59,083 bases of DNA. Source: Acidobacteriota bacterium (GTDB lineage Bacteria > Acidobacteriota > Thermoanaerobaculia > Thermoanaerobaculales > Sulfomarinibacteraceae). Position 1 is the stretch's first letter; the number at the start of each line of letters is the position of its first letter. This document shows positions 25,324 through 34,987 of this stretch, one piece after another. Under the pieces are notes generated by a model. That model did no database searches, was not told where the DNA came from, and worked only from the letters and a program-made list of their open reading frames with translations. A program made the translations under genes and the position numbers. The stretch is taken from contig JAADFK010000118.1 of the NCBI GenBank assembly GCA_013152925.1, forward strand, positions 1-59,083. The letters run 5' to 3'.

Positions 25324-28300
25324 GTGAATGCCTGGGGAACCATCACCGACATCGGTGGGGAAGTGGGGATTTTCCCCCACCTCCGGACCGTGCTGCTCGG
25401 AGCCGTCATGATGGCCGCGGCCACGGGAGCTTTCGCCGCCCAGCCCGTGGTCGATTCCTTTGAGGCCACCCCGGCCTCCGTGCAACCCGGCGCCACCGTG
25501 ACGCTCACCGTCACGGCCCACGATCCCGACTGCCCGGACAGCTGTACCTCGGGATGCGGCCAGTACATCCGTGCGGACCTGACCCAGTGGGACCCCGGCG
25601 CCGGCAGCTTCGACAGCACGGACAACGGGAGCAGCGGCTCGCCCTACACCGCCTCGGCCGTGTGGAGAGCCCCGTCCGCTGAAGGACCGGTCACCGTGAC
25701 GGTCACCCTCGCCGACAGCGGGACCTTCATGTGCGGCGGGCGCCAGACGGCCAGCGCCCAGGTGGTGATCCAGGTCAGCGTCAACGCCGGCCAGGAGCCG
25801 GTGATCACCTCCCTGACCATCGACCCGAACCCCGTGAGGACCGGAACCGAGGCGACGGTCACCGCCACGGCCGAGGACCCTCAGGGTGATCCCGTCAGCT
25901 TCAGCTGGAGCATCGACCGGGGCACCATCACGCCCGGAACGGAGGGCACGGCCACCTACAGCGCTCCGGCGACCCCCGGGCCGGTCAACCTCATCTGTAC
26001 CGCCAGTGACCCGGGGGGCGCGAGCTCTTCCAAGACGCTGACCTTTTCGGTAACGGACGTGGAGCCGGAGGTGCTCCTGGACGGCGAGATGGCGGCGCCT
26101 CACGACGTGGCCGCCAACGTCTTCGGAGATCTCCTGGTCGTCGATGACGGCCTCGGCGGCCTGGCCATCGTCAACGGCGTCACGGGAGAGGCCCTCACCG
26201 TGGTACGTCTGGCCGGCGCCACGAGCGTTGTGGAGGACTGGCTGGGCCGCGTTGTGGTGGGAACCCGGACGGGCGGCATCCTGCTTCTCGCCCAGGACGG
26301 AGCCCTGACCGGCACCCTCGTCCCGCCGACTCTCCTGGGGCCCGTGACCGATCTGGCCGCGGATGCAGCGGGCCGGAAGATCTGGGCTCTCTACGGTACA
26401 GCCGCCCGGGTGGTCGCCTACGACGCGGGCGGCAACCAGGTGGCCGCCTTCGGGGAACGGGGCGGGGGACCGGGCGAGCTGCGCGAGCCGGTGGCCGTGG
26501 CGTGGTCACCGGTGGGCGAGGTGCTGGTCGCCGATGCGGCGCTGGGCCAGGTGCTGGCCTTTTCGCCGTCCGGGTCCTGGTTGAGGTCCATGGGCGGCCT
26601 GGGAGCCGCCGCCGGCGAGTTCACCCGGCTCGGCGGCGTGGCGGCCACCGCCGCGGGCGTCATCTACGCCACAGACACCTTCCAGAGCCGTTTCCAGAGC
26701 TTCAATCCCGACGGATCCCTCCGGGAGGTCGTCGGTGTCTTCGGGCACGCGCTGGGCGAGCTCGACACACCCGCCGGCATCACGCTGCTGGGCTCGCCCC
26801 CCAGGCTGGCCGTGGCCTCGGTCAACGGGCCCAACGTGCAGATCTTCCGTCTCGACGACACGCAGCCGGCCACGCCTCAGGCCGCGGTGAGCCCGGCCAG
26901 CCTGGACCTGGGAAGCGTGCCGGTGGGCGAGCGAAGCGACCCCGCGGTCGTCACCCTTCGCAACACGGGCACGGTGCCCGTGGGGATCTATGGCATCGAC
27001 AGCCCCGGCCTGTTCCAGGTCCAGAGCACATGTGGCAACGGGCTCGATCCCGGAGAAAGCTGCACGGCCACCGTTGTCTTCGAGCCGGAGCGCGCCGGCA
27101 GGGTCGTCGGCACCCTGGCGTTCCGTTGCAGCGGCGTGGGCGACCAGGCAGTGACGCTCGTGGCCCGGGGCACCGCGCTGGAGGCGGCCATGGCGGCGAT
27201 CTCGGAGAGCTCGGTGGACTTCGGTGGGCTCCCCGTGGGGCGGACCAGTGGGGTCCGCACGCTGGTCGTCACCAACACGGGCGGGGTACAGCTCAACGTC
27301 AACTCCGTGCTCCTCGGCGGTGCTGCAGCGTCTCAGTTCGTCGTGCAGAGCGACACCTGCACCGGAGCGGCTCTCGGGGCCGGCGAGACCTGTGTCATCG
27401 GCGTGGCCTTTGCGCCCACTGGCGAGGGCCGGCATTCGGCGATTCTCACGGTGGAGAGCAACTCGGCGGGAGGTCCCCTGGCGGTCGATCTCTCCGGCGA
27501 GGGCGTGGAAGCTCTCCCCATCCCCACGGTGGGACCGTGGGGAACGGGGCTGCTGGTCCTCCTCCTGGCGCTGGCCGGGCTCCTGGGCCTCGGCCGCCGG
27601 CGGGCCGTCATCGGGTTGATGATGGTGTCAATGCTGGCGACCGCCGGCGTGGCCTTGGCGGTGGATCCCCCCCACTGGTATTTCGGAATGGACTGCGCAT
27701 CGTGCCACACCGGGCACAACGCGGCCGGGGGCAACCTGACCGTTTCGGCCGGCAACGTCAACCTCTGCCAGTCCTGCCACAACCCGTCGGGGCTGGCCTC
27801 GGCCCTGCCCATCAACTCCTCGGACCGTGCCGTTCCGGGCCAGGCCGGAACCTCGCACCGCTTCGACATGCCGGTCGATGCGTCCCACCAGGGCGCCCAG
27901 ATGCCCACCAACCCCGAGATGGCCGCGCGGATCATGGGGGGTAATGTCGTCTGCTCCACCTGTCACGACCAGCATGCCGCCAAGGCCAGCAACCGGGGAC
28001 AGCTGCGGGTCTCCGTTCCAGAGCGCCTGACCTCCCTGGGGAGCACGGGACAGGTCTCGGTTGGGGGAAGCTACACTGGCGCCGGCGGCTCGTCCTACCT
28101 GATCGAGATCACCATCGCCGACGCCCACTTCCGGTACTCCAAGGACGGCGGGTCCACGTGGGCCGGGGAGGCGGATATCGGAACCGGCGTGCCCCTGGAC
28201 AACGGCCTGACGGTGACCTTCTCCGGGGGGAGCTTCGCACTGGGGGAGCGGTGGCGCTTCACGGCTTCCTACCCCTTCCTCCGGGCGGCGCTGGACCAGG

Positions 28301-28608
28301 GCGACAACACGAGCGGCGACAGGTTCTGCCGGGACTGCCACTCGCTCTGGACCATGGATTACAACGCCGTCGAGGTCTTCGACTGGACGTGGAAAAGCCA
28401 TCCTGTCGGCGTGGCCCTCAACGCCAACGGGCGCGGTTACGATCGCACGACGCCCCTGGACGGCAACGGCGCCGTGCAGGGTAGCGGCGGGGGGGCCGGT
28501 GTCGCTTCGAGCGTCCTCAAGCTCGACTCCGGCGGTCTCGTCCAGTGCCTCACCTGTCACGGCGTCCACTACACGGACAGCAATACCCTGACGGAGGACG
28601 GACCATGA
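25324..28608 (+). CDS. Multidomain surface protein: Ig-like + NHL propeller + 2 choice-of-anchor-D-like domains + internal IPTL-CTERM + second signal peptide + pentaheme cytochrome
   Basis: Signal peptide ..AFA; A.DP.GD Ig repeats; NHL repeats; two 'L.FG.VPVG..S....TL.NTG...C...L..GE.C..V.F.P' domains; IPTVGPWG-TM-RRR; CASCH, CQSCH, CSTCH, CRDCH, CLTCH. Start codon uncertain. Confidence 0.85.
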   Translation: MNAWGTITDIGGEVGIFPHLRTVLLGAVMMAAATGAFAAQPVVDSFEATPASVQPGATVTLTVTAHDPDCPDSCTSGCGQYIRADLTQWDPGAGSFDSTDNGSSGSPYTASAVWRAPSAEGPVTVTVTLADSGTFMCGGRQTASAQVVIQVSVNAGQEPVITSLTIDPNPVRTGTEATVTATAEDPQGDPVSFSWSIDRGTITPGTEGTATYSAPATPGPVNLICTASDPGGASSSKTLTFSVTDVEPEVLLDGEMAAPHDVAANVFGDLLVVDDGLGGLAIVNGVTGEALTVVRLAGATSVVEDWLGRVVVGTRTGGILLLAQDGALTGTLVPPTLLGPVTDLAADAAGRKIWALYGTAARVVAYDAGGNQVAAFGERGGGPGELREPVAVAWSPVGEVLVADAALGQVLAFSPSGSWLRSMGGLGAAAGEFTRLGGVAATAAGVIYATDTFQSRFQSFNPDGSLREVVGVFGHALGELDTPAGITLLGSPPRLAVASVNGPNVQIFRLDDTQPATPQAAVSPASLDLGSVPVGERSDPAVVTLRNTGTVPVGIYGIDSPGLFQVQSTCGNGLDPGESCTATVVFEPERAGRVVGTLAFRCSGVGDQAVTLVARGTALEAAMAAISESSVDFGGLPVGRTSGVRTLVVTNTGGVQLNVNSVLLGGAAASQFVVQSDTCTGAALGAGETCVIGVAFAPTGEGRHSAILTVESNSAGGPLAVDLSGEGVEALPIPTVGPWGTGLLVLLLALAGLLGLGRRRAVIGLMMVSMLATAGVALAVDPPHWYFGMDCASCHTGHNAAGGNLTVSAGNVNLCQSCHNPSGLASALPINSSDRAVPGQAGTSHRFDMPVDASHQGAQMPTNPEMAARIMGGNVVCSTCHDQHAAKASNRGQLRVSVPERLTSLGSTGQVSVGGSYTGAGGSSYLIEITIADAHFRYSKDGGSTWAGEADIGTGVPLDNGLTVTFSGGSFALGERWRFTASYPFLRAALDQGDNTSGDRFCRDCHSLWTMDYNAVEVFDWTWKSHPVGVALNANGRGYDRTTPLDGNGAVQGSGGGAGVASSVLKLDSGGLVQCLTCHGVHYTDSNTLTEDGP
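25333..25379. promoter_or_regulatory. Paired TGGGG-N6-CCCCA-type sites
   Basis: TGGGGATTTTCCCCCA at 25364-25379, with a weaker TGGGGAACCATCACCG starting 31 bp earlier. Confidence 0.5.
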
Positions 28609-31439
28609 ATCTCCGCGGCGCGTTGGCAGGTCTGTTCCTTGGCGCGATCCTGGTCTTTCCCATGGTTGCAACCGCCGGCAACGACACGGTCGTCGTCGGT
28701 TCAAACGTCCTGGTCTCCTCGTGCACCCAGCTGACGGTCACGGCAAGGTTCACCGGAGATGACAACGGCGACGGTGTTGCCGAGGTCGAGTACAACACGG
28801 CCGACGCCTGGCCTGGAACAGTCGCCTGCGATGCCCTCTCCGGGGGCTCTCCCCGCCAGTGTCTGGTCCCGGATCTGACCGCCGGCCAGAGCTACTGGGT
28901 GCGGGTGACCTTCACCGATCCTGACGGCGTTTCCGGGCCCAACCCCGAGGTGCTCGGCCCGTACACCCTCCCCGCGTGCGGGACCGACACGGTGGCGCCC
29001 ACCGTGCTGTTCATCGTCCCGGCCCAGGGCGCCGTGATCGGCGGGACCGACCGGTTCAAGGTCCAGGTGTGGGACGAAGGAGGCTTGGCCGCCAACCCCT
29101 TGAGCTGGTACGTGGACGGAGGAGCCTCCTCCACCACGGCCGTCAACAACACCAACTACGACTGCGGTGCCAACTGCACCGTCTGGGAGCTCGACGTGGA
29201 CGTCACGGGGCTGGCCAGGGGCTGGCACGAGGTGACCGCGGAGGTGACCGACCAGGCGGGCAATGTGGCCCGGGCGGTGCGGGGGTTCTGGGTGCGCAAC
29301 AGGGGAACCCGGCCCGCGGGGAGCGGGGAGCTCCTTCGTCGAACCAACAGCTCCCAGCTGTGCCGGGACTGCCACAACCTGGCGACGCACTCGAGCCAGC
29401 ACACGGGGACCACCTACGGGAGCTGGGCCGTGGACTGCCTGACCTGTCACACGCCACACCAGACCCTCAACATCTACCTGATCCGGGGGGACCTGCAGAC
29501 GCCGTCCAGTGGGACAAAGAGCATCACCTTCTGGGAGGATGACCGGGCTGGCGGAACGAACCCCAACCGCAGCTACCTGGGTACCGTGCCGCCTCCGAGC
29601 TCCGCGCCCTACGACGACGGCATCTGCGAGGCCTGCCACACGCGAACCAAGTACCACCGGAACAACGCCTCCGGCAACCACACCCACAACGCCGACCGCC
29701 GGTGCGTCAACTGTCATCCCCACAACCAGGGCTTCGCCGCCACCGAGAGCAAGGGCGGCACGGACTGCGCCGGCTGCCATCCCGACATCTGGGAGGGCAT
29801 GAACGGGACGACGGCGAAGACGAGCCGCCATACCATCGGCTCGGTGCTCGGCGTCAACGACAGCTTCACGGACACCAACGTCGCCTGGACGTCGCCTCTG
29901 ACCGGCGTGGCGCCCGCCGACCGCTCCTGCGTCAACATGTGCCACCCCGACCACGTCCACAACACGCCGGGCGGCACGAGCCACGACTACAACGTGCACC
30001 AGGACGCCTCGACCCAGGCGAGCCGTGCCGTGGGCCGGAATGTCAACGGTGAGATCATCGCCGGGACGCCGGCCCGGACGGATTTCGACGCCGCGCAGAC
30101 CAACGGCGGGATGTGCGTTTCGTGCCATCAAAACGCCGTGAGCACCGGGCGGCCGGCCATCGACGCGGCAGCCTACGGGGCCTCGGCCCACAACTTCACC
30201 TCCAACACCTATGGGGCTTGGACCTACGATCTTCATGACGGCTCGAGCTTCGACCGCAATTGCACCAAGTGCCACGCGGATCGTGGTGACGCACGCCCCG
30301 GAGCCTCGTCGAGCCCCTTTGGTGCGGTCCACTTTTCGGACTACCCGAAGCTGCTCACCGGCTCGGTCAACCCGGCCGGCGCCGCTGCCACCTTCGTCTG
30401 CTACACCTGCCATGGCAACGGGAGCACCGGCGCCGATCTTTCCGGGAAGGATCTGGCCACGGTGATCGCCAAGACGTCGAGCCACCCGGTGAACGCGGAC
30501 GCCGTCCACGACACGGTGGCCGAGGAGAGGGCGACCTACAACGATGGCACCTTCTCCGGAGGGAACCGGCACGTCAACTGCCTGGACTGCCACGCCACCC
30601 ACCGGGCGCAGTCCGGGCTCCACACGCCGGCCGCAGCGGGTCTCGCGGGGGCCCTGACGGGCGCCACCGGGATCGGCATCGCCTCCCTTCCCAACGAGTG
30701 GGCCGTGTTCGGCTCGGGGAACTTCACAACGAATCCAGAGAGTGCGGCGGTGGAGTACCAGGTCTGCTTCAAGTGCCACAGCTCCTTCGCCTTCGGCACT
30801 TCCTCCCCGACCGGAGAGACCGACCAGGCGCGGGAGCTCAACGTCAACAACGATTCGTATCACTGGGTCATGACCGATCAGACGGCGACGCAGGCGCCCG
30901 ACTGGACCACCGCCAACGACACGCCCCGGACCAACAGCACCAGCCGGTACATGACCTTCACCTCGGGCTCGCCGTGGGCCAAGGACTCGCCCATGGTCTG
31001 CTCCGACTGCCACGGCAACGACGACGCGGCGGCGGTCCAGGGTCCTCACGGCTCGGCGAACGCACCAATCCTCAGGAAGCCCTGGGACGCATCGAGCGGG
31101 ATCAACACGCCCAACGGTCTGTGCTTCAACTGCCACGACTACCAGACCTACGCGGGCAAGAACGACAGGGTGGGGGTCAGCGGGTTTGCCAGGTACAGAA
31201 GCATGAGCTACCGGAACCTGCACGGAACCCATTCGGGGGAGTTCCCGACGACGTTCAAGTGTGCCTGGTGCCACTCGGCCGTTCCCCACGGGTGGAGCCG
31301 CAAGGCGCTCATCGTGCTGACCTCCGATCCCGCCCCGTACAACGCGGGCGGCAACACGGCGCGGATCATCTCCTGGTACATCTCCAACAGCCGGAACTAC
31401 CGGAAGAGCTCGTGTGGCACGGTCAGCGGATGTCATTGA
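28605..31439 (+). CDS. Large extracellular-type multiheme cytochrome with N-terminal FN3/Ig-like domains (13 CxxCH + CX3CH + CX5CH)
   Basis: ATGA-coupled to the upstream gene; signal peptide; L.AGQSYWVRV and D.AGN Ig motifs; 13 canonical motifs plus CVNMCH and terminal CGTVSGCH. Confidence 0.9.
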   Translation: MNLRGALAGLFLGAILVFPMVATAGNDTVVVGSNVLVSSCTQLTVTARFTGDDNGDGVAEVEYNTADAWPGTVACDALSGGSPRQCLVPDLTAGQSYWVRVTFTDPDGVSGPNPEVLGPYTLPACGTDTVAPTVLFIVPAQGAVIGGTDRFKVQVWDEGGLAANPLSWYVDGGASSTTAVNNTNYDCGANCTVWELDVDVTGLARGWHEVTAEVTDQAGNVARAVRGFWVRNRGTRPAGSGELLRRTNSSQLCRDCHNLATHSSQHTGTTYGSWAVDCLTCHTPHQTLNIYLIRGDLQTPSSGTKSITFWEDDRAGGTNPNRSYLGTVPPPSSAPYDDGICEACHTRTKYHRNNASGNHTHNADRRCVNCHPHNQGFAATESKGGTDCAGCHPDIWEGMNGTTAKTSRHTIGSVLGVNDSFTDTNVAWTSPLTGVAPADRSCVNMCHPDHVHNTPGGTSHDYNVHQDASTQASRAVGRNVNGEIIAGTPARTDFDAAQTNGGMCVSCHQNAVSTGRPAIDAAAYGASAHNFTSNTYGAWTYDLHDGSSFDRNCTKCHADRGDARPGASSSPFGAVHFSDYPKLLTGSVNPAGAAATFVCYTCHGNGSTGADLSGKDLATVIAKTSSHPVNADAVHDTVAEERATYNDGTFSGGNRHVNCLDCHATHRAQSGLHTPAAAGLAGALTGATGIGIASLPNEWAVFGSGNFTTNPESAAVEYQVCFKCHSSFAFGTSSPTGETDQARELNVNNDSYHWVMTDQTATQAPDWTTANDTPRTNSTSRYMTFTSGSPWAKDSPMVCSDCHGNDDAAAVQGPHGSANAPILRKPWDASSGINTPNGLCFNCHDYQTYAGKNDRVGVSGFARYRSMSYRNLHGTHSGEFPTTFKCAWCHSAVPHGWSRKALIVLTSDPAPYNAGGNTARIISWYISNSRNYRKSSCGTVSGCH

Positions 31440-31487
31440 TGCCATGAAGGGGTGTGCCGCACGGGAGCTGCACGGAAGGAGGGGTGG

Positions 31488-32282
31488 ATGAGATCTCGGT
31501 ACATGATGACGATCCTGGCGGCGCTGCTGGCCGGCGGCATGGCCTGGTCCCTGGCCTGGAGCCAGACCACCGGCGTCCGGAAGCGCCGTCCCAAGCCCAA
31601 CGAGTACGGAACGGAGATCATCGACAACGCTTCTGTTGCCAACGGGATGGCCCCGGTGGCGTTTCCCCACTGGGTTCACCGGGCCCGCTACACCTGCCGG
31701 CTCTGCCACGTCGACATCGGTTTCGCCATGACCGCCGGGGAAACGGGCATCACCGAGGAGGACAACCGGCACGGGATGTACTGCGGCACCTGCCACAACG
31801 GCAAGATCGCCTTCCGGTGGGAAGAGGGCAGCAAGGGGGCTGTGAAGAAGAGCTGCCAACGGTGTCATTCGGTGGGGCTTCACGTCAAGATGCAGAACGA
31901 CTTCTACGCCTTTCGCGCGAAGATGCCGCGGCAGCGATTCGGGAACGGCATCGACTGGCTCAAGGCCGAGGAGGAGGGGCTCATCAAGCTGACCGACACC
32001 CTGCCCGGTGTCTCCTTCCAGCGGCCCAAGCTCCAGAGCCCTTCCGACGAGGAGCTGGTGGCCCGCGAGATCAACATGCCGAAAATCATCTTCTCCCACA
32101 AGAAGCACGCGGTGGAGGCCGGGTGCGAGCTTTGCCACCCGCAGATCTTCCCCATCAAGAAGGGGGCCGTCAGCTACTCCATGCAGGACATCTTCGACGG
32201 GAAGTACTGCGGCGCGTGCCACGGGAAGGTGTCCTTTCCCAACGCCGACTGCCAGCGCTGCCACACGGAGCCTGTGTTCTGA
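31488..32282 (+). CDS. c7-type hexaheme cytochrome c
   Basis: F.HW.HRARYTCRLCH, CGTCH, CQRCH, CELCH, CGACH, CQRCH; AGGAGG RBS. Confidence 0.9.
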   Translation: MRSRYMMTILAALLAGGMAWSLAWSQTTGVRKRRPKPNEYGTEIIDNASVANGMAPVAFPHWVHRARYTCRLCHVDIGFAMTAGETGITEEDNRHGMYCGTCHNGKIAFRWEEGSKGAVKKSCQRCHSVGLHVKMQNDFYAFRAKMPRQRFGNGIDWLKAEEEGLIKLTDTLPGVSFQRPKLQSPSDEELVAREINMPKIIFSHKKHAVEAGCELCHPQIFPIKKGAVSYSMQDIFDGKYCGACHGKVSFPNADCQRCHTEPVF

Positions 32283-33061
32283 TGCGGTCCACGCCGCCCG
32301 CCATCGCGGCGCTCCTCGGCGCCGCCCTGGTGGCCGCGACCGTTTGGGCCCAGGGACGGTTTCCCCTGCCAAAGCTGCCTCCTCCCGATCGCTACGGCAC
32401 GATCCTGATGGATCGTGCGTCCACCGGGGCCGGTGTCGAGCCCGTGGTGTTCGCCCACTGGCGGCACAGGGCCCGGTACAGCTGCCGGGTGTGCCACTTC
32501 GAGCTGGAATTCGCCCTGAAAACCGGCGCCACCGGAATCACCGAGGAGGACAACCGGCACGGGATGTACTGTGGCGCGTGCCACGATGGAACGACGGCCT
32601 TTGCCGTGACGGCGAACGACAACTGCCCTCGGTGCCACACGGGGAAGATCCGATCCGGGAAGAAGGCGTTCCGGAGGTTTGCCAGGAACCTCCCCACAGC
32701 GCCCTACGGCAACCACATCGACTGGGTGGCCGCCGAGAAGATCCTCAAGCCCAGGTACGCCCTGTACACCCGTGAGAAGCCGATCCAGTTCGACAAGAAG
32801 CTGGTCCTTCAAGCCGAGTGGTTCGGCATTCCGCCAGCCGTGTTTCCCCACGGCGTCCACGAGAGGTTCCTGGACTGCGGCAATTGCCATCCGGACATAT
32901 TCAACATCAAGAAGAAGACCACGAAACACTTCGAGATGCGGTACATCCTCCAGGGGAGGTTCTGCGGGGTCTGCCACCTGACGGTCGCCTTCCCCCTGGA
33001 CGACTGCCAACGCTGTCATCCCGCCATGCATCGGAGAAGAGGAGCCCAGGACCATGGCTAG
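32282..33061 (+). CDS. c7-type hexaheme cytochrome c (paralog of the upstream gene)
   Basis: TGATG coupling; CRVCH, CGACH, CPRCH, CGNCH, CGVCH, CQRCH; shares TGITEEDNRHGMYCG with its neighbour. Confidence 0.9.
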   Translation: MRSTPPAIAALLGAALVAATVWAQGRFPLPKLPPPDRYGTILMDRASTGAGVEPVVFAHWRHRARYSCRVCHFELEFALKTGATGITEEDNRHGMYCGACHDGTTAFAVTANDNCPRCHTGKIRSGKKAFRRFARNLPTAPYGNHIDWVAAEKILKPRYALYTREKPIQFDKKLVLQAEWFGIPPAVFPHGVHERFLDCGNCHPDIFNIKKKTTKHFEMRYILQGRFCGVCHLTVAFPLDDCQRCHPAMHRRRGAQDHG

Positions 33062-33125
33062 GATTATCGTCCTCGAGACCCGTTCATCGGCCATTCATGG
33101 ACGTTCAAGGAAGGGGGTTGCAACC

Positions 33126-34181
33126 ATGGAATCAGGAGCCAGGCTGGTCGGCGTCGTGATGATCATGCTGGGGGTGATGATGTGGGGAGGGCCGCTCGTG
33201 GCCGGTGCCGGGGTCGCACCCCTGCCCAAGGGCGCCACCATCGTCTGGAGCCACGCGCCGTACGGGATGGGCGAGTGCGGGATCTGCCACGTCAGGGACG
33301 ATCCGGCCGACCCCGGTCCCATCACGACCCAGAACGTCACCGAGCTCTGCTTTGGCTGCCACGAGGAGCTTCAAGACGCCATGGCAAAGTCCCGGTATTC
33401 CCATGCGGCGGTGGAAGACAGTTGCACCAACTGCCACAACCCGCACAACTCCGCCTACAAGAAGCTCCTGATCGCCGAGCCTCCCTCCCTCTGCGCCCAG
33501 TGCCATCAGGACATCTGGGACGAGGCGACCAAGGCCCCGGTACAGCACCGCGCGGTCCGTGACGGCAAGAGCTGCCTCAACTGCCATTCACCCCACGCTT
33601 CCAACGTGGACAGCCTCCTCCTGGACCTGCCGTACAACCTCTGTGTGACCTGCCACGGCAAGGACGGCGTCAAGGACGAGCAGGGCAAGACACTGACCAA
33701 CATCGCCGCCCTGCTGGCCAGCAACCCCGTGATCCACGGGCCGGTGGCTGACAAGGATTGCAGCGCCTGCCACACGCCCCATGGGGGAAAGTACTTCCGC
33801 CTCCTGACGACGGAGTACCCGGCCACGTTCTACTCGCCCTTCGACCCCAAGAGCTACGCCCTCTGCTTCACCTGTCACAACAGTGAGATCGTTGCGGTGG
33901 AAAGGACAACGACGCTCACGGGTTTCCGTGACGGCAACCGGAATCTCCACTACGTCCATGTCAACAAGAAAGAACGCGGCCGGACCTGCCGTGCCTGCCA
34001 CGAGGTTCACGCGGCCCCCCAGCCCCACCTGATCCGCAACGGCGTCCCCTACGGCAAGTCCGGCTGGATCCTCAAGATCAACTACACCCCGCTGCCCAAC
34101 GGCGGCCGGTGCGAAAAGACCTGCCACGGTGCCTTCACCTACGACCGGACCAAGGGCACGGCGTCCGGAGGAAGCTCGTGA
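33126..34181 (+). CDS. Decaheme cytochrome c (9 CxxCH + CX3CH)
   Basis: Signal peptide; CGICH, CFGCH, CTNCH, CAQCH, CLNCH, CVTCH, CSACH, CFTCH, CRACH, CEKTCH. Confidence 0.9.
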   Translation: MESGARLVGVVMIMLGVMMWGGPLVAGAGVAPLPKGATIVWSHAPYGMGECGICHVRDDPADPGPITTQNVTELCFGCHEELQDAMAKSRYSHAAVEDSCTNCHNPHNSAYKKLLIAEPPSLCAQCHQDIWDEATKAPVQHRAVRDGKSCLNCHSPHASNVDSLLLDLPYNLCVTCHGKDGVKDEQGKTLTNIAALLASNPVIHGPVADKDCSACHTPHGGKYFRLLTTEYPATFYSPFDPKSYALCFTCHNSEIVAVERTTTLTGFRDGNRNLHYVHVNKKERGRTCRACHEVHAAPQPHLIRNGVPYGKSGWILKINYTPLPNGGRCEKTCHGAFTYDRTKGTASGGSS

Positions 34182-34987
34182 GGCGGGGGGTCGCGGGCTT
34201 CACCCCGGTCCTCTTGGCCCTGACCATGGGATTGGCCTTCGTCAAGGTCGGTACCGTGATCCCCAACCCCGACCTCCCCGGCCTCGACGGGAGTGAGCAT
34301 GCCCTGGTCGATCGGCAACGGTTGACAGTCTTCCTGTTCTTCGACCCTGCCCAGCCCCGTTGCCTGGAGGTCATGCGGGAGATGGGGGGCCTCCAGGGTA
34401 GCTTCCCCAAGGAAAAGGTCCGCTGGGTCGGTATCGTCTCCGACCGGTTCGATCCGGCCAAGGCTGTAACGGCAGCGCGGGAGGCCGGCCTGGGCCTGGA
34501 GCTGCTGACCGACAGGGGCGACCAGCTCTACGGTGCCCTCGAGGTGCGCCTGTACCCCACCGTCGGCATCGTGGACACCAAGGGCGTCCTCAGGGCCTAC
34601 CTTCCCTACCACAAGGTCAATTTCACCGGTGCTCTCGATGCCGAGATCCGGCACGCCCTGGGCGAGATCGACGATGCCGCGCTCGAGCGCGCGCTCCACC
34701 CGCAGGCCGCGGACATCGGAACCAAGCAGGCCGAGGCGGGAAGGTACCTTCGGTTCGCCGAGATGCTGTGGAAGATGGGCAAGAGGGACAAGGCCATCGC
34801 CAAGGCACGCGAAGCTGCCGGGATCGCTCCCGGCTCCGCGGCGGCTCACGCCCTCCTTGGCAGCTACCTGGCCGGCGCCGGCGACTGCGAGAAAGCCCGC
34901 CCGGAGCTGGAGAAGGCCCTCCAGCTCGACCCGGACAACGAGCAGGCCCGCAAGGCCATGGAGGCGTGCCCGAAGCAGGGGCCGTAA
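34178..34987 (+). CDS. Redoxin (thioredoxin-fold) + TPR protein
   Basis: VG..IP...LPGLDG, QPRC in place of CxxC, cis-Pro loop LYPT.GIVD..G; C-terminal TPRs (LEKALQLDPDN). Confidence 0.75.
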   Translation: MRRGVAGFTPVLLALTMGLAFVKVGTVIPNPDLPGLDGSEHALVDRQRLTVFLFFDPAQPRCLEVMREMGGLQGSFPKEKVRWVGIVSDRFDPAKAVTAAREAGLGLELLTDRGDQLYGALEVRLYPTVGIVDTKGVLRAYLPYHKVNFTGALDAEIRHALGEIDDAALERALHPQAADIGTKQAEAGRYLRFAEMLWKMGKRDKAIAKAREAAGIAPGSAAAHALLGSYLAGAGDCEKARPELEKALQLDPDNEQARKAMEACPKQGP

